DNA from: Mobula hypostoma
Taxonomy: Eukaryota
Assembly: GCF_963921235.1 (NCBI RefSeq)
Contig: NC_086118.1
Coordinates: 22,446,001-22,510,000, forward strand
Direction: 5' to 3'
Length of the DNA: 64,000 nt
Part shown: positions 12,428 through 25,330 of the stretch, in pieces
Position numbering within the stretch: the first letter of the stretch is position 1
Layout: each line of letters begins with the position of its first letter
The notes under the pieces: model-generated
Told to the model about the DNA's origin: nothing
Seen by the model: only the letters and a program-made list of their open reading frames with translations
The model's database searches: none
Program-made: the position numbers and the translations under genes

Positions 12428-13529
12428 TGAATAGTAGTTGTTGATCAGACATTAAATATTTTTTACAGCTCTCTTATCACATGCAACTGTTTAAGGACTT
12501 TCTTTTTTAAGCTGTGTGCAGTTCAATTGAGCTTCTTTTTAGGACTTGAACTCAGTCTGTTAATGGATTGAGTTTCCCAGGCAGTGAGCCTTGAGCCTGG
12601 TACTCCCTAGTTGTTTCCCATCCCGCTAACATTCAAGCTAAGTCTGGTTAACTGGCTATGTCCAGGGAGAGTGGGATCCTAGAGTCTGTCCATGAAGTGG
12701 ATTTGTCAAATTTAATTGTCTGTATCACATAATATGACCTAATCCATTCTGATTTTCTGTGTTTCCAGATTAAGAGATTTAGCATTTACTTGATCTTGAA
12801 CTTCATGGAAGTTCCATGGTCAGTTGAAATTTTTGTGGAGGAGTTTTTCACAGCCCCTTGACAAAGCAAACATTAATTAATTAATATTGATTACTTATCA
12901 ATACCATTGTAGTGGCAGTGAAGATCATAGCACAAATTGATCAGTACAGATGAAGAACCTTCCAATACACTGTTAAAGCAGAGATTAAACTGGAAGCTTG
13001 TTCCTTACTGGAGAGACACCTCAATTTCCACTTTCTGATATTGCTAGTTTGTAACCATGCAGTTTTTGTTTTGACATTAACGAAATATACCACCAATTTT
13101 GTGAGGAAGCTGATCAGCATAATTATGAATCCAGGTGCAGATTTACATAAGTTCAAGGAGAATGTTAGTCGAAGGAGAAGATTGCAAGCAAGTGAAATTG
13201 ATAAGGAAATGGATAATTAAGGAGGAGTGGCAGATTTAAGAGCTAGAATTTTGTAATTCTTTGGAATGCTTGCAATGTTATTTCAACTCATGAATGGTCT
13301 TCATCAATGTTCAACAGTGATGACTGAGAATTGGCTGGCAAAAATTAGAGGAAAGGAACACCAAAATGTGAGCAGGTGGTGGAACTACACTGACCAACCT
13401 CTCATTTGAAGACTACAGTAGAATGTATGATGTTACTCACGCTGTGTGGGCTTTTTTGTCTTTTTGATACACCTTCCAATCATTCAGTTTTCAGTTTGAA
13501 AATAAGAGAAGGCAAGTTTTAAATCATTG

Positions 13530-13660
13530 CAGCAACAAATAATCTGCTGGAAGAACTCAGCAGGCAGGGCAGCGTCTGTGGGAGGAAAGAAATTGCCGAT
13601 GTTTTAGATCAAAACTCTGCATCAGGATTGAAAGTGAAGAGGTGGGATGGCTATTATAAA
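13530..13660 (-). mobile_element. Penelope-like terminal repeat relic
   Basis: ctggaagaactcagcaggcagggcagcgtctgtgg is the reverse complement of the PLE tail; decayed hammerhead core at 13594-13629. Confidence 0.6.
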
Positions 13661-15565
13661 GAACATTACAACTTCTGGATGCATAGTTTACTTGATCTTC
13701 TACCCCAGATGTTCTACTACAGTCAATAAGATGAACATGTTGACTCTTTAAAATATAGCTCTTCTTTGTTGACGTAGCCCACTGTTCTAGAACTTACAGT
13801 TGGTGTACATGGTCCATTGGTGATGATAGTCCTTTGCGTTAATTTCATATGGAGGCACTGAAAATTGAACTGGGTGTAACTCAGATTCTTCATAAAATAA
13901 TCCAACATCAGAGCCATTCGTGCATGCACTATTAAGTTTAGTGATCCAGCTTCCTTTGGGAGTTTACAGTACTTCTGCCACAATAATAAAGTTGATACAC
14001 GCATAAATATTTATGGCATGACTTCTATTTGATCACTATTTTGTTGGCTAGCAGACCAACAGTCATAAATAGATATAATCTATAAGTATAGAACGCACCT
14101 GAGTATGAGTGGTAATCGATTGTACAATAAATCAAAGCATATAACAGCACGATACTCTACGTAAATATTTTTTGCATTTGTGATAAATAGTGCATGCCGA
14201 GGATAAGACTTCAAAATAGCAAGCTTACTGTATTTTCTTTCAAGAATAGGTATCGCTAGCTGTCTGGTTTCCTGGATTTACCATAACTTCCTAATTATTT
14301 CAATGATAATTTTCATAATTTTCAGCTCAGTTTAGAACTCAGCTGCATTGCCACATTCAAATTCCATTCCCAGGGCATTCCGGGGATTTGACCTTCCCTG
14401 GACATAGACGTTCCTCTGTTTAAGTATATTCAAAGGAAACTGAATCTAGATTTTTGGAAGATATTCCCTCCAAACTGTTTGTACTACACAACTGAAAACC
14501 CACCTGTCCCCAGCCTGGGAAAACCATTTCCTTGTTCTGATCAACGTATGTTTTGCTTTTGATAGCTGAGTGGCTTTTCCAAATATTTTGTTTCCCCGGT
14601 TCTTACCTTTATACATGAACCTCTAGGCTCCCATTTTTAAACCCCAATACATAGCAGTGAGCAATTAAAATAGTTGTGTAAAATATCACCAGTTTTCAAA
14701 TCCATCCACTGCTATTTCAAACAAGCTCTTTTTATAGTCAGCAGAGGAGCCTTAGTAAAGAACACCTTTAATAAATGCAGATTTAAAATCTGTGATATCA
14801 TTGAAAATCCAGTTCTATTTTAACATATAGCCGGTTGGGATTTCCTGAATGAGTTTTCTTTAATCTGGCAGGGCATAAAAAGAGCCCCTTTGAATTAATT
14901 CAGTGGTAGGCATAGTAAGAGCAAGAATTCTCCATCTTCCTTGCATTCACTACCAACTTAACCACCACTCCAAACACACTCTTGCTCTACTACCCTGAAG
15001 TAGCTGTGATACTGTCACCCAGTGACCTAGCATGCTAATTTCAGGTGGCATCTGGCCATGTGATTTTAATCTGCCCATAGTTTCCTCTTCTTTCCTCTTT
15101 TCCCAGACAAACAGTTGGCCAACACAATATATACGAGGGATGGGAATTAAAATAGTTAAATCAATTGTGCCAAGCATACATCTCAGCTAACCACAATTTG
15201 CTCCCAGTTAATATAGAACCATAGAATATTATAGCACAGAAACAGGCCTTTTGGCCTTTCTTGGCTGTGCCAAACCATTTTTCTGCCTAGTCCCACTGAC
15301 CTGCACCTGGACCATATCCCTCCATACACCTCTCATCCTTGTACCTGTCCAAGTTTTTCTTAAAAGTTAAAAGTGAGCCTGCATTTACCACTTCATCTGG
15401 CAGCTCATTCCACACTCTCACCACTCTCTGTGTGAAGAATCCCCCCCCCCATGTGCCCTTTAAACTTTTCCACCTTTACCCTTAACCTATGTCCTCTGGT
15501 TTTTTTCTCCCCTAGCCTCAGTGGAAAAAGCCTGCTTGCATTCCTTCTATCTATACCCATCATAA

Positions 15566-15711
15566 CTTCTCCGTGGATTGTCACCTTGTTGTGGTGGAGA
15601 AGCTTGTGTGGTCCTGAGATCCCGAGAGCAACGCCGTCTGGAGCTATGCTCCTGGTAGGGTCACCCATGGCGGTAAGGTCGAGGGTGAGGTCCCTGACAG
15701 AGAACAGTCCA
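15566..15711 (+). ncRNA. Candidate HDV-like ribozyme fold
   Basis: P1 CTTCTCC (15566-72)/GGAGAAG (15596-602); P2 TGGATTGT (15574-81)/ACAGTCCA (15704-11); P3 ACC/GGT closing a 7-nt loop; C15698 precedes purine-rich AGAGA. Canonical P1.1 and G1 are not evident. Confidence 0.4.
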
Positions 15712-15988
15712 ACCAAGTCCTCAATGGTGGAACAGGTGGACGAAGTTACTTCGAACTCAACGGCTGTGAAGGCGGATGAAGGCTGCAACAAATCCAGCAG
15801 CCTAAATCGTCGTGGTTTCCATGCCATTGGAATCAGTTGGTTGATTTGTGAAGTATCGTGTGCTCCTTGAAGTGCAACATCAAGTACACGTTAAACAAAT
15901 ACACGCACAGGCGTCTTCGCTCTGTGGGCCACTTGATCAACAGAATGAAGACCATCATCCTCAACCTCGAGGAATAACCGTGACGACA
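15566..15988 (+). mobile_element. Short non-autonomous retroposon with RTE-like 5' UTR
   Basis: 11-bp TSD acccatcataa (15555-15565, 15989-15999); 5' part (accttgttgtggtggag...ctggtagggtcaccca) resembles RTE (Rex3/Expander, BovB) 5' UTRs; ends in short gac repeats; no RT coding sequence. Confidence 0.8.
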
Positions 15989-18914
15989 ACCCATCATAAT
16001 TTTATATACCTCTATCAAATCTCCCCTCATTCTTCTTCGCTCCAGGGAATAAAGTCCTAACCTATTCAACCTTTCTCTGTAACTGAATTTCTCAAGTCCC
16101 GGCAACATCCTTGTAAACCTTCTCTGCACTCTTTCAACCTTACCAATATCCTTCCTGTAATTTGGTGACCAACACTGCACACAATACTCCAAATTCGGCC
16201 TCACCAATGCCTCATACAACCTCACCATACTCTTATACTCAATACTTTGATTTATAAAGGCCAACGTACCAAAAGCTGTCTTTATGATCCTAACTACCTG
16301 TGATGCCACTTTTAGGGAATTTTGTGCCTGTATTCCCAGATCCCTCTGTTCTACTGCACTCCTCAGTGCCCTAACATTTACCTTTTATGTTCTACCTTGG
16401 TTTGTCCTTCCAAAGTGCAATACCTCACACTTGTCTGTATTAAACTCCATCTGCCATTTTTCAGCCCATTTTCCCAGGTGGTCCAAATCCCTCTGCAAGC
16501 TTTGAAAACCTTCCTCACTGTCCACTACACCTCCAATGTTTGTATCATCAGCAAATTTGCTGATCCAATTTACCACATTATCATCCAGATCATTGATATA
16601 GATGACAAATAACAATGGACTCAGCACTGATTTCTGTGGCACACCTCTAGTCACAGGCCTCCACTCAGAGAAGCAATCCTCCACTACCACTCTCTGGCTT
16701 CTTCCACTGAGCCAATGTCTAATCCAATTTACCACCTCTCCATGTATACCCAGCGACTGAATCTTCCTAACCAACTTCCCATGCAGGACCTTGTCAAAGG
16801 CCCTACTGATGTCCATGTAGACAACATCCACTGCCTTCCCTTCATCCACTTTCCTGGTAACCTCCTTGAATAACTCTAATAGATTGGTTAAACATGACCT
16901 ACCATGCACAAAGCCGTGTTGACTTACTCTCATAAGTCCCTGTCTATCCAAATACTTGTCGATCCTATTAGTACTCCTTCCAATAATTTACCTACTACCA
17001 ACATCAAACTTACTGGCCTATAATTTCCCGGATTAGTCTTAGAGCCTTTTTTGAACAATAGAAAAACATGAGCTAATCTCCAATCCTCCGGCACCTCACC
17101 CGTAGATACCGACATTTAAAATATATCTGCCAGGGCCCCTGCAATTTCAACACTAGTCTCCTTCAAGGTCCGACAGAATACCCTATCAGGTCCTGGGGAT
17201 TTATCTACTCTGATTTGCCTCAAGGTAGCAAGCACCTCCTCCTCTTCAATCTGTATAGGTTCCATGACCTCACTACTTGTCTGCCTTATTTCCATAGACT
17301 CCTTGCCAGTTTCGTTAGTAAATACAGACGCAAAAAACCCATTTAAGATCTCCCCCATTTCTTTCCGTTTCGTACATAGCCGACCACTCTGATCTTCAAG
17401 AGGATCAACTTTATCCCTTACTATCTTTTTGCTCTTAATATACCTGTAGAAGATCTTTGGATTATCCTTCACCTTGACTGCCAAAGCAACCTCATGTCTT
17501 CTTTTAGCCCTCCTGATTTCTTTCTTAAGTATTTTTTGCACTTTTTATACTTCTCAAGCACCTTATTTGCTTCCTGTTTCCTATACATGTCATACATCTC
17601 TCTCTGCTTCTTTATCAGAGTTCCAATATCCCTTGAGAACCAAGGTTCCTCATTTTTATTCACTTTGCCTTTAATCCTGACAGGAATATACAAACTCTTC
17701 ACTCTCAAATTTTCTCCTTTGAAGACTTCCCACTTACCAAATACATCCTTCCCAGAGAACAACCTGTCCCAATCCACGCTTTTTAGATCCTTTCTCCTTT
17801 CTTCAAATTTGGCCTTTTTCCAGTTTAGAACCTCAACCCGAGGACCAGTTCTATCTTTATCCATGTTCAAGCTGAAACTAATGGTATTATGATCACTGGA
17901 ACCAAAGTGTTCCCCTACACACATTTCCATCACCTGTCCTAACTTGTTTCCTAATAGGAGTTCTAATATTGCAACCTCTCTAGTTGGTACCTCTATACAG
18001 TATATTGATTTAGAAAACTTTCCTGAACACATTTTATAAACTCTAACCTGTCTAGACCTTTAACAGTATGGGAGTCCCAATCAATATGTGGAAAATTAAA
18101 ATCCCCTACTATCACAAATCTATGTTTCCTGCGGTTGTCTGCTATCTCTCTGCAAATTTGCTCCTCCAATTCTCGCTTTTATATATTCACTTTTATGCTA
18201 AAGAACAGCTCAGGGTCCACACATTGCAAAGTCCTGACAACTTCAGGAACATACATCATTTCATTTTCAACTGAGGTAATAATCAAAGTCAAATTTTGAT
18301 TTTCTAAGTTTGCCTCTGGTCCCTTATAAGTATAGCTAATGGCAACCTCAGTAGTGATTTCACAATCTAACAGCCTCATCAAAGAGCAAAGGAGGTGAGT
18401 TCTGCTCTCCTGCAGCTTGGATCATCTGTGACCTCTCTGAAGCAGCAGGGTGCTGTCATCTGTGAAATGTTGCAGACCCATCCTGTACCAGCCTCAAAAG
18501 ATGTGGAGACAAATAAATGGATGGCAACCAGGACCTTCACTATCACTGCCATTGGAGTTCCTGGAGCTGTGGTTTTTGAATGCCGCATATCTCCAGCTAC
18601 ACGTCCTTAATGGAAAGGCATTGTTTCATGTTAAGACAATATCACACTCTCTCTCTCTCTGTGGAATGGGTGCCCTGCTGAAGGTTTTCTCACCCACTCC
18701 TCCTCTCCTTCATGTCTGTTTACTCTGTAGTGCTGATCTCTCCCATCCTCCCTACAGTGCTTTGAGTGGAACTGAATTGTCTTTCAATGACAGCTCAACA
18801 AATACCATTACTTTCTTATGTAAGGCGAATCAATTTAGACCAAATAGTAAAAAGAAAGCATATATTACTTTTGAGCAGTATTTTCCAAAATAATTAATGG
18901 TCCTTGAAGTAGAA

Positions 18915-20122
18915 GTGTACAAGAGATAGATGTACTAGATGATAAGAGGCATAGATCAAATTGATAGTCAGAGACTTTTTTTCAGGGTAGAAATGGCTAA
19001 GACTAGAGGGCACAATTTTAAGATAACTGGAGGAAAGTATAGGGAGGATGTCAGAGGTGATTTTTTTTCCACACTGTCACATACCCTGTGACAGGTTAAA
19101 GAACCAGCAGAAATGGAAAACACTTTGGAGTCCAGTATTGCTATTAACTAATGGTATTTATTAGTAACTATGCAATACAGTAATATAAATGCAGATATAT
19201 CAAACAGGTTAACAATGATTATATATAAGTAAGTGTGGAAATGTATAAAAAACCAAGCTTCTTCAAATCTAGGGGTAAATAGATAGTCTTACGAAGATGA
19301 GTAAAGTTCAGTTCAGTTCGTGGTATTGAGTTGAGTAGTGATGGAGAGACAGAGAGGGAGAGATTTGAGTCTTCAGGTGAGCTGACACCGTCGATCTTCC
19401 TGTTGTCCTCCAAAATCCTTTAGAAGTCACCGACTGTGACCACAACAAAGGGGACCGTTCTTTTGTGGTGGAATTATCAACCCAGGCGAGGGTCGGACAC
19501 ACGAATAACTCCCCACCGGTCACATCCTTTTCACACTGTGAGAGCCACTGATCGATCCACCTGATCGATCCTCCAAAACCCACTTTTTCTGTGAGCACAA
19601 CAAAGCTCATTCGGTGTCCAAAGCCATGTGTCTGTTGGTCTAACAGCTGACTTTCTACTTATCTCACCGTGCTGAACACCAGCTGTCCATCAAGCAGCTC
19701 CTCCCTTCTCTCTCTGTAAGAACTTGGAAGCTGCCAATGTCCTTGCAAAAGTGTAAACATGCTGTAGAGAAATCATAACACCATCTCTAAGCAATCTTCA
19801 CATCTCTCTCCCTCTTAATAGCAAGGTGTCTGGTGTTGAACAACTCCCTCTCTCGCTTTTCAAAAGCACAGTTCATAGGGTAATTCAGGACCCCGTCACA
19901 ACACAGAGGGAGGTGGGTGCATGGAATTCCCTGCCAGAAGTGGAGATGTAAGCAGATACATTAAGGCCATTTAAGAAACTCTTAGATAGGCACGTAGATT
20001 ATAGAAATGTTGAGAACTGTGTAGGAGGGAAGGATAAGATTGAACTTAGAGTAGGTTAAAAGTTCGGCACAGCATTGTTGGTTGAAAGGCCTGTACTGTG
20101 CTGTAATGTTCTATGTTCTATG
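18915..20122 (+). mobile_element. CR1 3' fragment split by a solo LTR
   Basis: ...agactagagggcacaattttaag...tttttccacac [LTR] acacagagggaggtgggtgcatggaa...; gttctatgttctatg tail. Confidence 0.8.
19075..19900 (-). mobile_element. Solo LTR (826 bp)
   Basis: tgtcaca...gtcaca termini; perfect 4-bp TSD acac (19071-74, 19901-04); CR1 reads through once it is removed; reverse AATAAA ~19157. Confidence 0.88.
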
Positions 20123-20574
20123 ATATATTCCAAGTAGGTTTGGAGCTGGTTCTTCCGAAATCTGAACTGTATGTGCTTTGTGCGTTTTGGACACATGTCA
20201 TCTGCATAGGTTAATTTCAATAGGACTGGTTCCAAACAATGGATGCACACTGATTGACGCTACAGTCTGCATACATCTGCACTAACTTAACATGGGCTGC
20301 TGCCCTTCCCAGTGCAGTACTTTGCAAGCCTTCAGCCAGAAGTGCTGAGTGGATGTTCTAACTCAGCCTTCTCTGGTGGTCCTCAGCATGATGGACTCCA
20401 GTCACCACTTGATGCAATTCAGTCCTCAGGATATCAAGAAATGTTTAAATGAATTGGATACAGCAAAGGCTATGGCAACATTCCAGGAATAGTGCTCAAG
20501 ACTTGTGCTGCAGGCCTTGCTGCGTTGTTGGCCAAGTATTTCAGTATAGTCAATTATTTCACTCTTTCTACCCG

Positions 20575-20803
20575 GCTGTTGTTTTTTATTGTCGCTGTTT
20601 TTTGCATGGGAAGGGCTTAGGGATTCGGGGTTTGATGTTTTAGCTGCCGTGTCCAGGTGGGTGCTCTGTTAGTTTTTGTGCAAGGGAGGGGTTGGGGAGG
20701 GCTTGAAGCTTGTGCGGTCTATTTCAAGGAGATCTGGAGAAGATGAATCTCAGAGTTATACTCTGTGTACATACTTAGATAATAAACTGAACCTTTGAAC
20801 CTT
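20575..20803 (+). mobile_element. 3' end of a retroposon with Rex1-type terminus
   Basis: gaatctcagagttata...gataataaactgaacctttgaacc; similar to the ends at 29421 (+) and 27855 (-). Confidence 0.5.
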
Positions 20804-21021
20804 TATAACTAAAATACTGGCACTTACCTGACAATAAGGAAAATTACACAGTTATGCTCTAGTCCACAGGAAGTAGGACAAACCAGACCCGGCCATTTAT
20901 TGTCCCATTAATGCACCTTCATTCATCAACAAGGGATAATCAATGGCGCTGTCTGGTGGCACTTGGTCAGCCGAAGTCACTCAGCTCTTGAGTGTCATTA
21001 AAACTTTGCTCCAAACATAGG

Positions 21022-23568
21022 TGTTGTGTTTGTTCTTTAACACAGACAAACTTGTGTGGGATAGAACTACTTTATTTACAAATTTACAGAATACTACGGT
21101 CAAGGCTTCAGCTCAACCACATTTTACTCAGGACCTTCAGCCCACCAAGAGCATGTGTCCCCGTTCAACAATGTCACTTCCTGTTCTGGGTGAACTGCCC
21201 GCATTTCCCACTGGGAAGTGAGTTCTTTATTATGTGTAGACATAATAACACATCTTCTCCCCATTAAAGAAAGCAAATACAATCGTATGTCCTCATTAAC
21301 CTGCAAGTCACAGTAATACTTTCCAGCAAAGACATTTACATAAACATCAATTGTAATAAGCAAATACAGTCCCTTATTCACTCAACAACACACTATCCGT
21401 CTCTGTGGTGGCTTAATGTTCCCTCTTTTGCTGCTATTTTTTTCCACAGATGCCTTGATTTCAATTGCAGTATTAATACCAGTATCGTTTTGAGAACTCT
21501 GACCTAAAACCTACCTGTTCATTTTTTCACATCCTTCTGCCAAGATCCTATCTGTTTGTCTCTGTTCTTGCTCTTGCTGTATGGCTAGAATTAGCATCAA
21601 ATGCCTCATAATGGAGCCCTGAACTACAGCAATGTGATCAATGAGTCTTTACACAAGTTCAAAATGATTCCATCTTAATTCACAGAGCTCCTTCTGTTGG
21701 CTGCATATAACATCTCCTCCTATTTGTCTGTACTGACCTGTTGCTGTTGTTCTGACCTTAGAGACAGTGTGTTCTCCCCATCTTCTTTTTTGTTTTTCCT
21801 CTTCAACTTCAGAGAGGATCGTGGAGCTATTTTTGATTTCCAGTCTTTAACTGGAAGTTGATGAGAGACAGATTTTGAAGCACAGCTGCGAGATGTGGAA
21901 GTAAGTCTGGCAACTTCTTCATCATGATCACCCTGTTCAGCACTGGCATCCTGACTGTCATGCTGGTGTAGATGGTACAGATGTCTATGGAAAGTGGTGT
22001 TCTTGTGCTTCTCTTGTATAATCTCTCTGGAGTTCTCATGGATGCTGTTATGAGTTTCTCAAGTTACGTCAGGTAAGCATCTGAGTCCCTCAAAGACATC
22101 TTTATTGAGTGTTGCCTGGTCACCTTTAGTCTGTGAAGCCACTCCGAAAACGTTTTTCACCAGGTTGAGCTTTTCCACATGCACTCAGACCTAATACTGG
22201 CAGTACTTTCTTTTCTATAACCAGTAGGTATCCCTTCAAGTGCTGCCCCTTGTGCTTGAAGGTCACTATACAGCCTCCTTTATTGGAAAGTTCTCTCCAG
22301 TATAGCCAGTCACTTTTAACTTCACTGGGTAAATCTTGCACTTCACTCTGAGAGTCTTGGGCTCCAGTGTCAAGTTTGAATGGAATTACTGTCTCATTCA
22401 CCATCGCTGGAACATTCCATTCTGTCTTACCAGCACCAGCCGTCTGCAGAGGATCTATAAAGTCTTCCTCCATTTCCTCATCAATCATGTGCACCTTTCC
22501 CTTGGTAGCCCCAGCACTGCAGCGCTTTGCAATATGATTCTTCTTCCCACAATTATTACAGAATTTTGAGATGTGCCCACCTCCACATTTGCTGCATTTA
22601 CTGTTTGAGCCTAGATCCTTGCTATGCTGTTGCTTTGTGAAACGCCTTGTGCATTGGCCCTCTGTTTTCACAGCATGCCCTGTTATTTCTGCTCTGCATT
22701 TCTTTGCTTGTGCTCATGTTCTACGCAAACAGTATTCACAACCTTTTCTAGTATTAAATCTTTTTTATTGAACAAACTTTCCCTGAGTTCATTATTTGGG
22801 ATTCCACAAACTATTTTGTCTCTGACTAGTGTGTCTCTCAAATCTCCAAACCCACAGGACTTACTCAATGTGAGAAGCTCAGCTAAGTATCGGTCAAAGC
22901 TAACATCTTGTTTCTGTTCACAGGAAAAGAATTTATATCTTTCAAACTTGACATTTTCACTTGGGATGAAATACTCCTCAAATTTTATCACCAGAGCGCC
23001 AATGTAAAGTCTATCTCATCAATTTGAAAGCTGTTGAAGATGTCCAAAGCATCCTTGCCAATTACATGTAGAAAGATAGATGCTTTAATTTTTTTCCTCC
23101 ACCCTGCCAGCACTGCTCGCGGCTAAATATATATTGAATCGCTGCTTGAAGCATTTACAATTATCAGCTAGATTGCCAGTAAACTGCATAGCTGCAAGTG
23201 GATTTAGGTTATCCATAACAGAATTTTTTGGGTTTCTCTCACCTCACTTTCTTGTTGAACTTTAAGACAGCGTGCTCTCTTGCCAGCAGCCTCTCTCTGT
23301 CAGAACCTAAGATCTCTGTATTAGTTGCTCATGTTATTTAGTTACCATGTTATGTTTGTTCTTTAACAAAGACAAACTTATGTGAGTAAGAACACTAGCC
23401 TATTTTATTTACAGAGTTCCAGAATGGCTTCAGTTTGACTACATTTTTCCTCAGGACCTCCAACCCACCAAGAGGGTGCGTTCATCAACTTCACTTCCAG
23501 TTCCAGGTGAGCTGCCCGCATTGCACACTGGGAACTGAAGTTCTTTATGATGTACAGACATAGTAACA
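21022..23568 (-). mobile_element. Gypsy LTR retrotransposon, internally deleted (gag and protease kept, most of pol missing)
   Basis: Related direct repeats 21022-21250 and 23348-23568 (tgtt..taaca); PBS-like TGGTAAC next to the 5' LTR (gttacca 23341-47); PPT ggggagaaga (~21253-62); gag FEEYF..ERYKF..RDKIVCGI; knuckle CNNCGKKNHIAKRC; protease FKLDTGAQ. Confidence 0.92.
22126..23216 (-). pseudogene. Gypsy gag-protease, frameshifted
   Basis: Start MDNLNPLAAMQFTGNLADN near 23216; ORFs 22683..22991 and 22126..22671 with CCHC knuckle and DTG protease motif. Confidence 0.88.
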
Positions 23569-25129
23569 CGATGAGCAGAAGAGCTGAACTCCATAGATGA
23601 AGGAAGAGTAATTACCCTTGACATCAAGGCAGCATCTAATCGAGTATGACATCAAGGATCCCAAGATGAACTCCATGAGAACCAGAGAAAAAAACCCTCT
23701 TTTAGTCAAAATCATACCTTGTACAAAAAAAGTTCATTGTGGTGGTTGAAGATCAATTATCTCAGCTATCTCTGCAGGAGCTCCTCAAGGTAGTGTCCTA
23801 GGCCCAATTATCTTCAGCTACTTCCCCAATAGCTTCTCTGCAGTGGCAAGGTCAAAAATAAGGATGTTCGCTGATGTTTGCACATCGTCAATATCATTTA
23901 CGACTCCTCAGAAAACAAAGCAGTCCAAAATTAAATGCAGCAATGTCTAGATAACATCCAAGCCTAGGCTTACATATGACAGGTAAAATTTGAACCACAG
24001 AAATGCCAGACAATGACAATATCTAACAAGGGAAAATCAGTGATCAAACCCACATTCAATGTCATTACCATCACCGAATCCCATACAATTGATATCCTGA
24101 GGGTTACCGTTGTCCAAAAGCTACCCAAAGCCTGTCCATGTAAGTCTTAGGTCAGGAGGGTGAAAGATTACACAGATGAATGCTGCCTCAACAATATTCA
24201 AGTTGCTCGACATCATATAGGACATGATAGCCCTGTTGATAGGCAACCCGTCCACAATCATTCACTCATTTCATCATTGACACACTGTAGAAGCAGTTTG
24301 TACCATCGACAAGATGCACTTTCTCAACTCGCTAAGTCTCCTGAGACAACACTTTCGAACCCTACAACCATAGTCAGCTAGAAGAACTGGGGCAGTGAAT
24401 GAACAGGAACACCATCACCTGGAAGATGCCTTTCAAGCCACAAATACATTGCTATTTTTTTCACCATTACTGCATCAAGATACTGGAATTCCCACTAATA
24501 TCATTTTGGGAATATCCACAGCTCAAACACTGCTGTGGTTCAAGAAGGCAGCCTCACCCCCACATTCTGAAGGACTCTGCCTGCAAAACCGCATCCATTG
24601 AATGAATACAAGAAAATTTCTTTGAAACGTGCACATGTGAATTATGTGGGGAATTCATTCATCAGCACCCAGTGAAATGGGCATTAAGAAACCAAGATTC
24701 ATGACCGTTTTTTAAAAAAGTTAGCCCTGTTTATTGGCAATGAATGACTTTCATTCACTTGACAATTTGCATAATTGAATGGCTGAACAGACTTACAGAT
24801 TCATGTTTAGTTACTGTAGAGGTATTAAGACAGCTTAGACTGAATTGACAGATAAGCATTATGGCAGGAACAGGATAAAGAACCATAGCCCTGTTTTAGC
24901 ACACAACTGTATCATAGCATGAAGTGGAAGATAATTGGTTTCAACCACACACAGTGGCAACCTAAATTTGAAAATTAAGCAAGTACCAAAGAGATGTTAA
25001 AATTTAGGGTTTGTCTTTTAATGAGACCTAACTAACTGTGAGTCATTCTGCTTCGTCCAATGCACATTAAAGACCACAAGGCATAACATGACAAATAAGT
25101 AGAGGACTTTAACCAAGGAAACTAGTATT

Positions 25130-25330
25130 CTCATCTTAACCCTCAGATGCAGACAGAAAAAGATATAAATAATTATTTCTCATATTGCACTTGATGGAGC
25201 TTACTACATACAGGATATTTGTTGGCTATGTTTACAACACAACAGTAAGTTCAGTTCAAAGTAGTTTTTTTCGTGAATCACTTTGAAGTGTCCCTGTGAG
25301 ACAGAACAGACTATATAAATGTAGCTTTTT
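25130..25330 (+). mobile_element. DeuSINE-like 3' half relic
   Basis: cacaacagtaagttcagttcaaagtag...cactttgaagtgtccctg...ctatataaatgtagc resembles the Deu domain and tail. Confidence 0.45.

Larger units (their letters stand above)
15213..18176 (-). mobile_element. CR1 LINE, 5'-truncated (partial APE endonuclease plus RT), pseudogenised
   Basis: VGDFNFPHIDW near 18070-18115; KSPGPD; NYRPVSL; QHGF; GVPQ; SKFADD; RPNLEYCVQ; atagaaccatagaa tail at 15213. Interrupted by the 15566-15988 insertion. Confidence 0.95.
20385..24612 (+). mobile_element. Old CR1-like LINE (RT region to 3' tail), interrupted by a Gypsy element and a short retroposon
   Basis: ggatacagcaaaggctatgg; cttgacatcaaggcagca (LDIKAA); ggagctcctcaaggtagtgtcctaggccca (GAPQGSVLGP); atgttcgctgatg (MFAD); tail ttcaagaaggcagcctcacc...tgaatgaata. 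Confidence 0.75.

Noticed and set aside
18395..18893. ORFs of 71 and 147 aa in non-TE sequence
   Set aside because: No recognisable domain or convincing splice structure; length compatible with chance.
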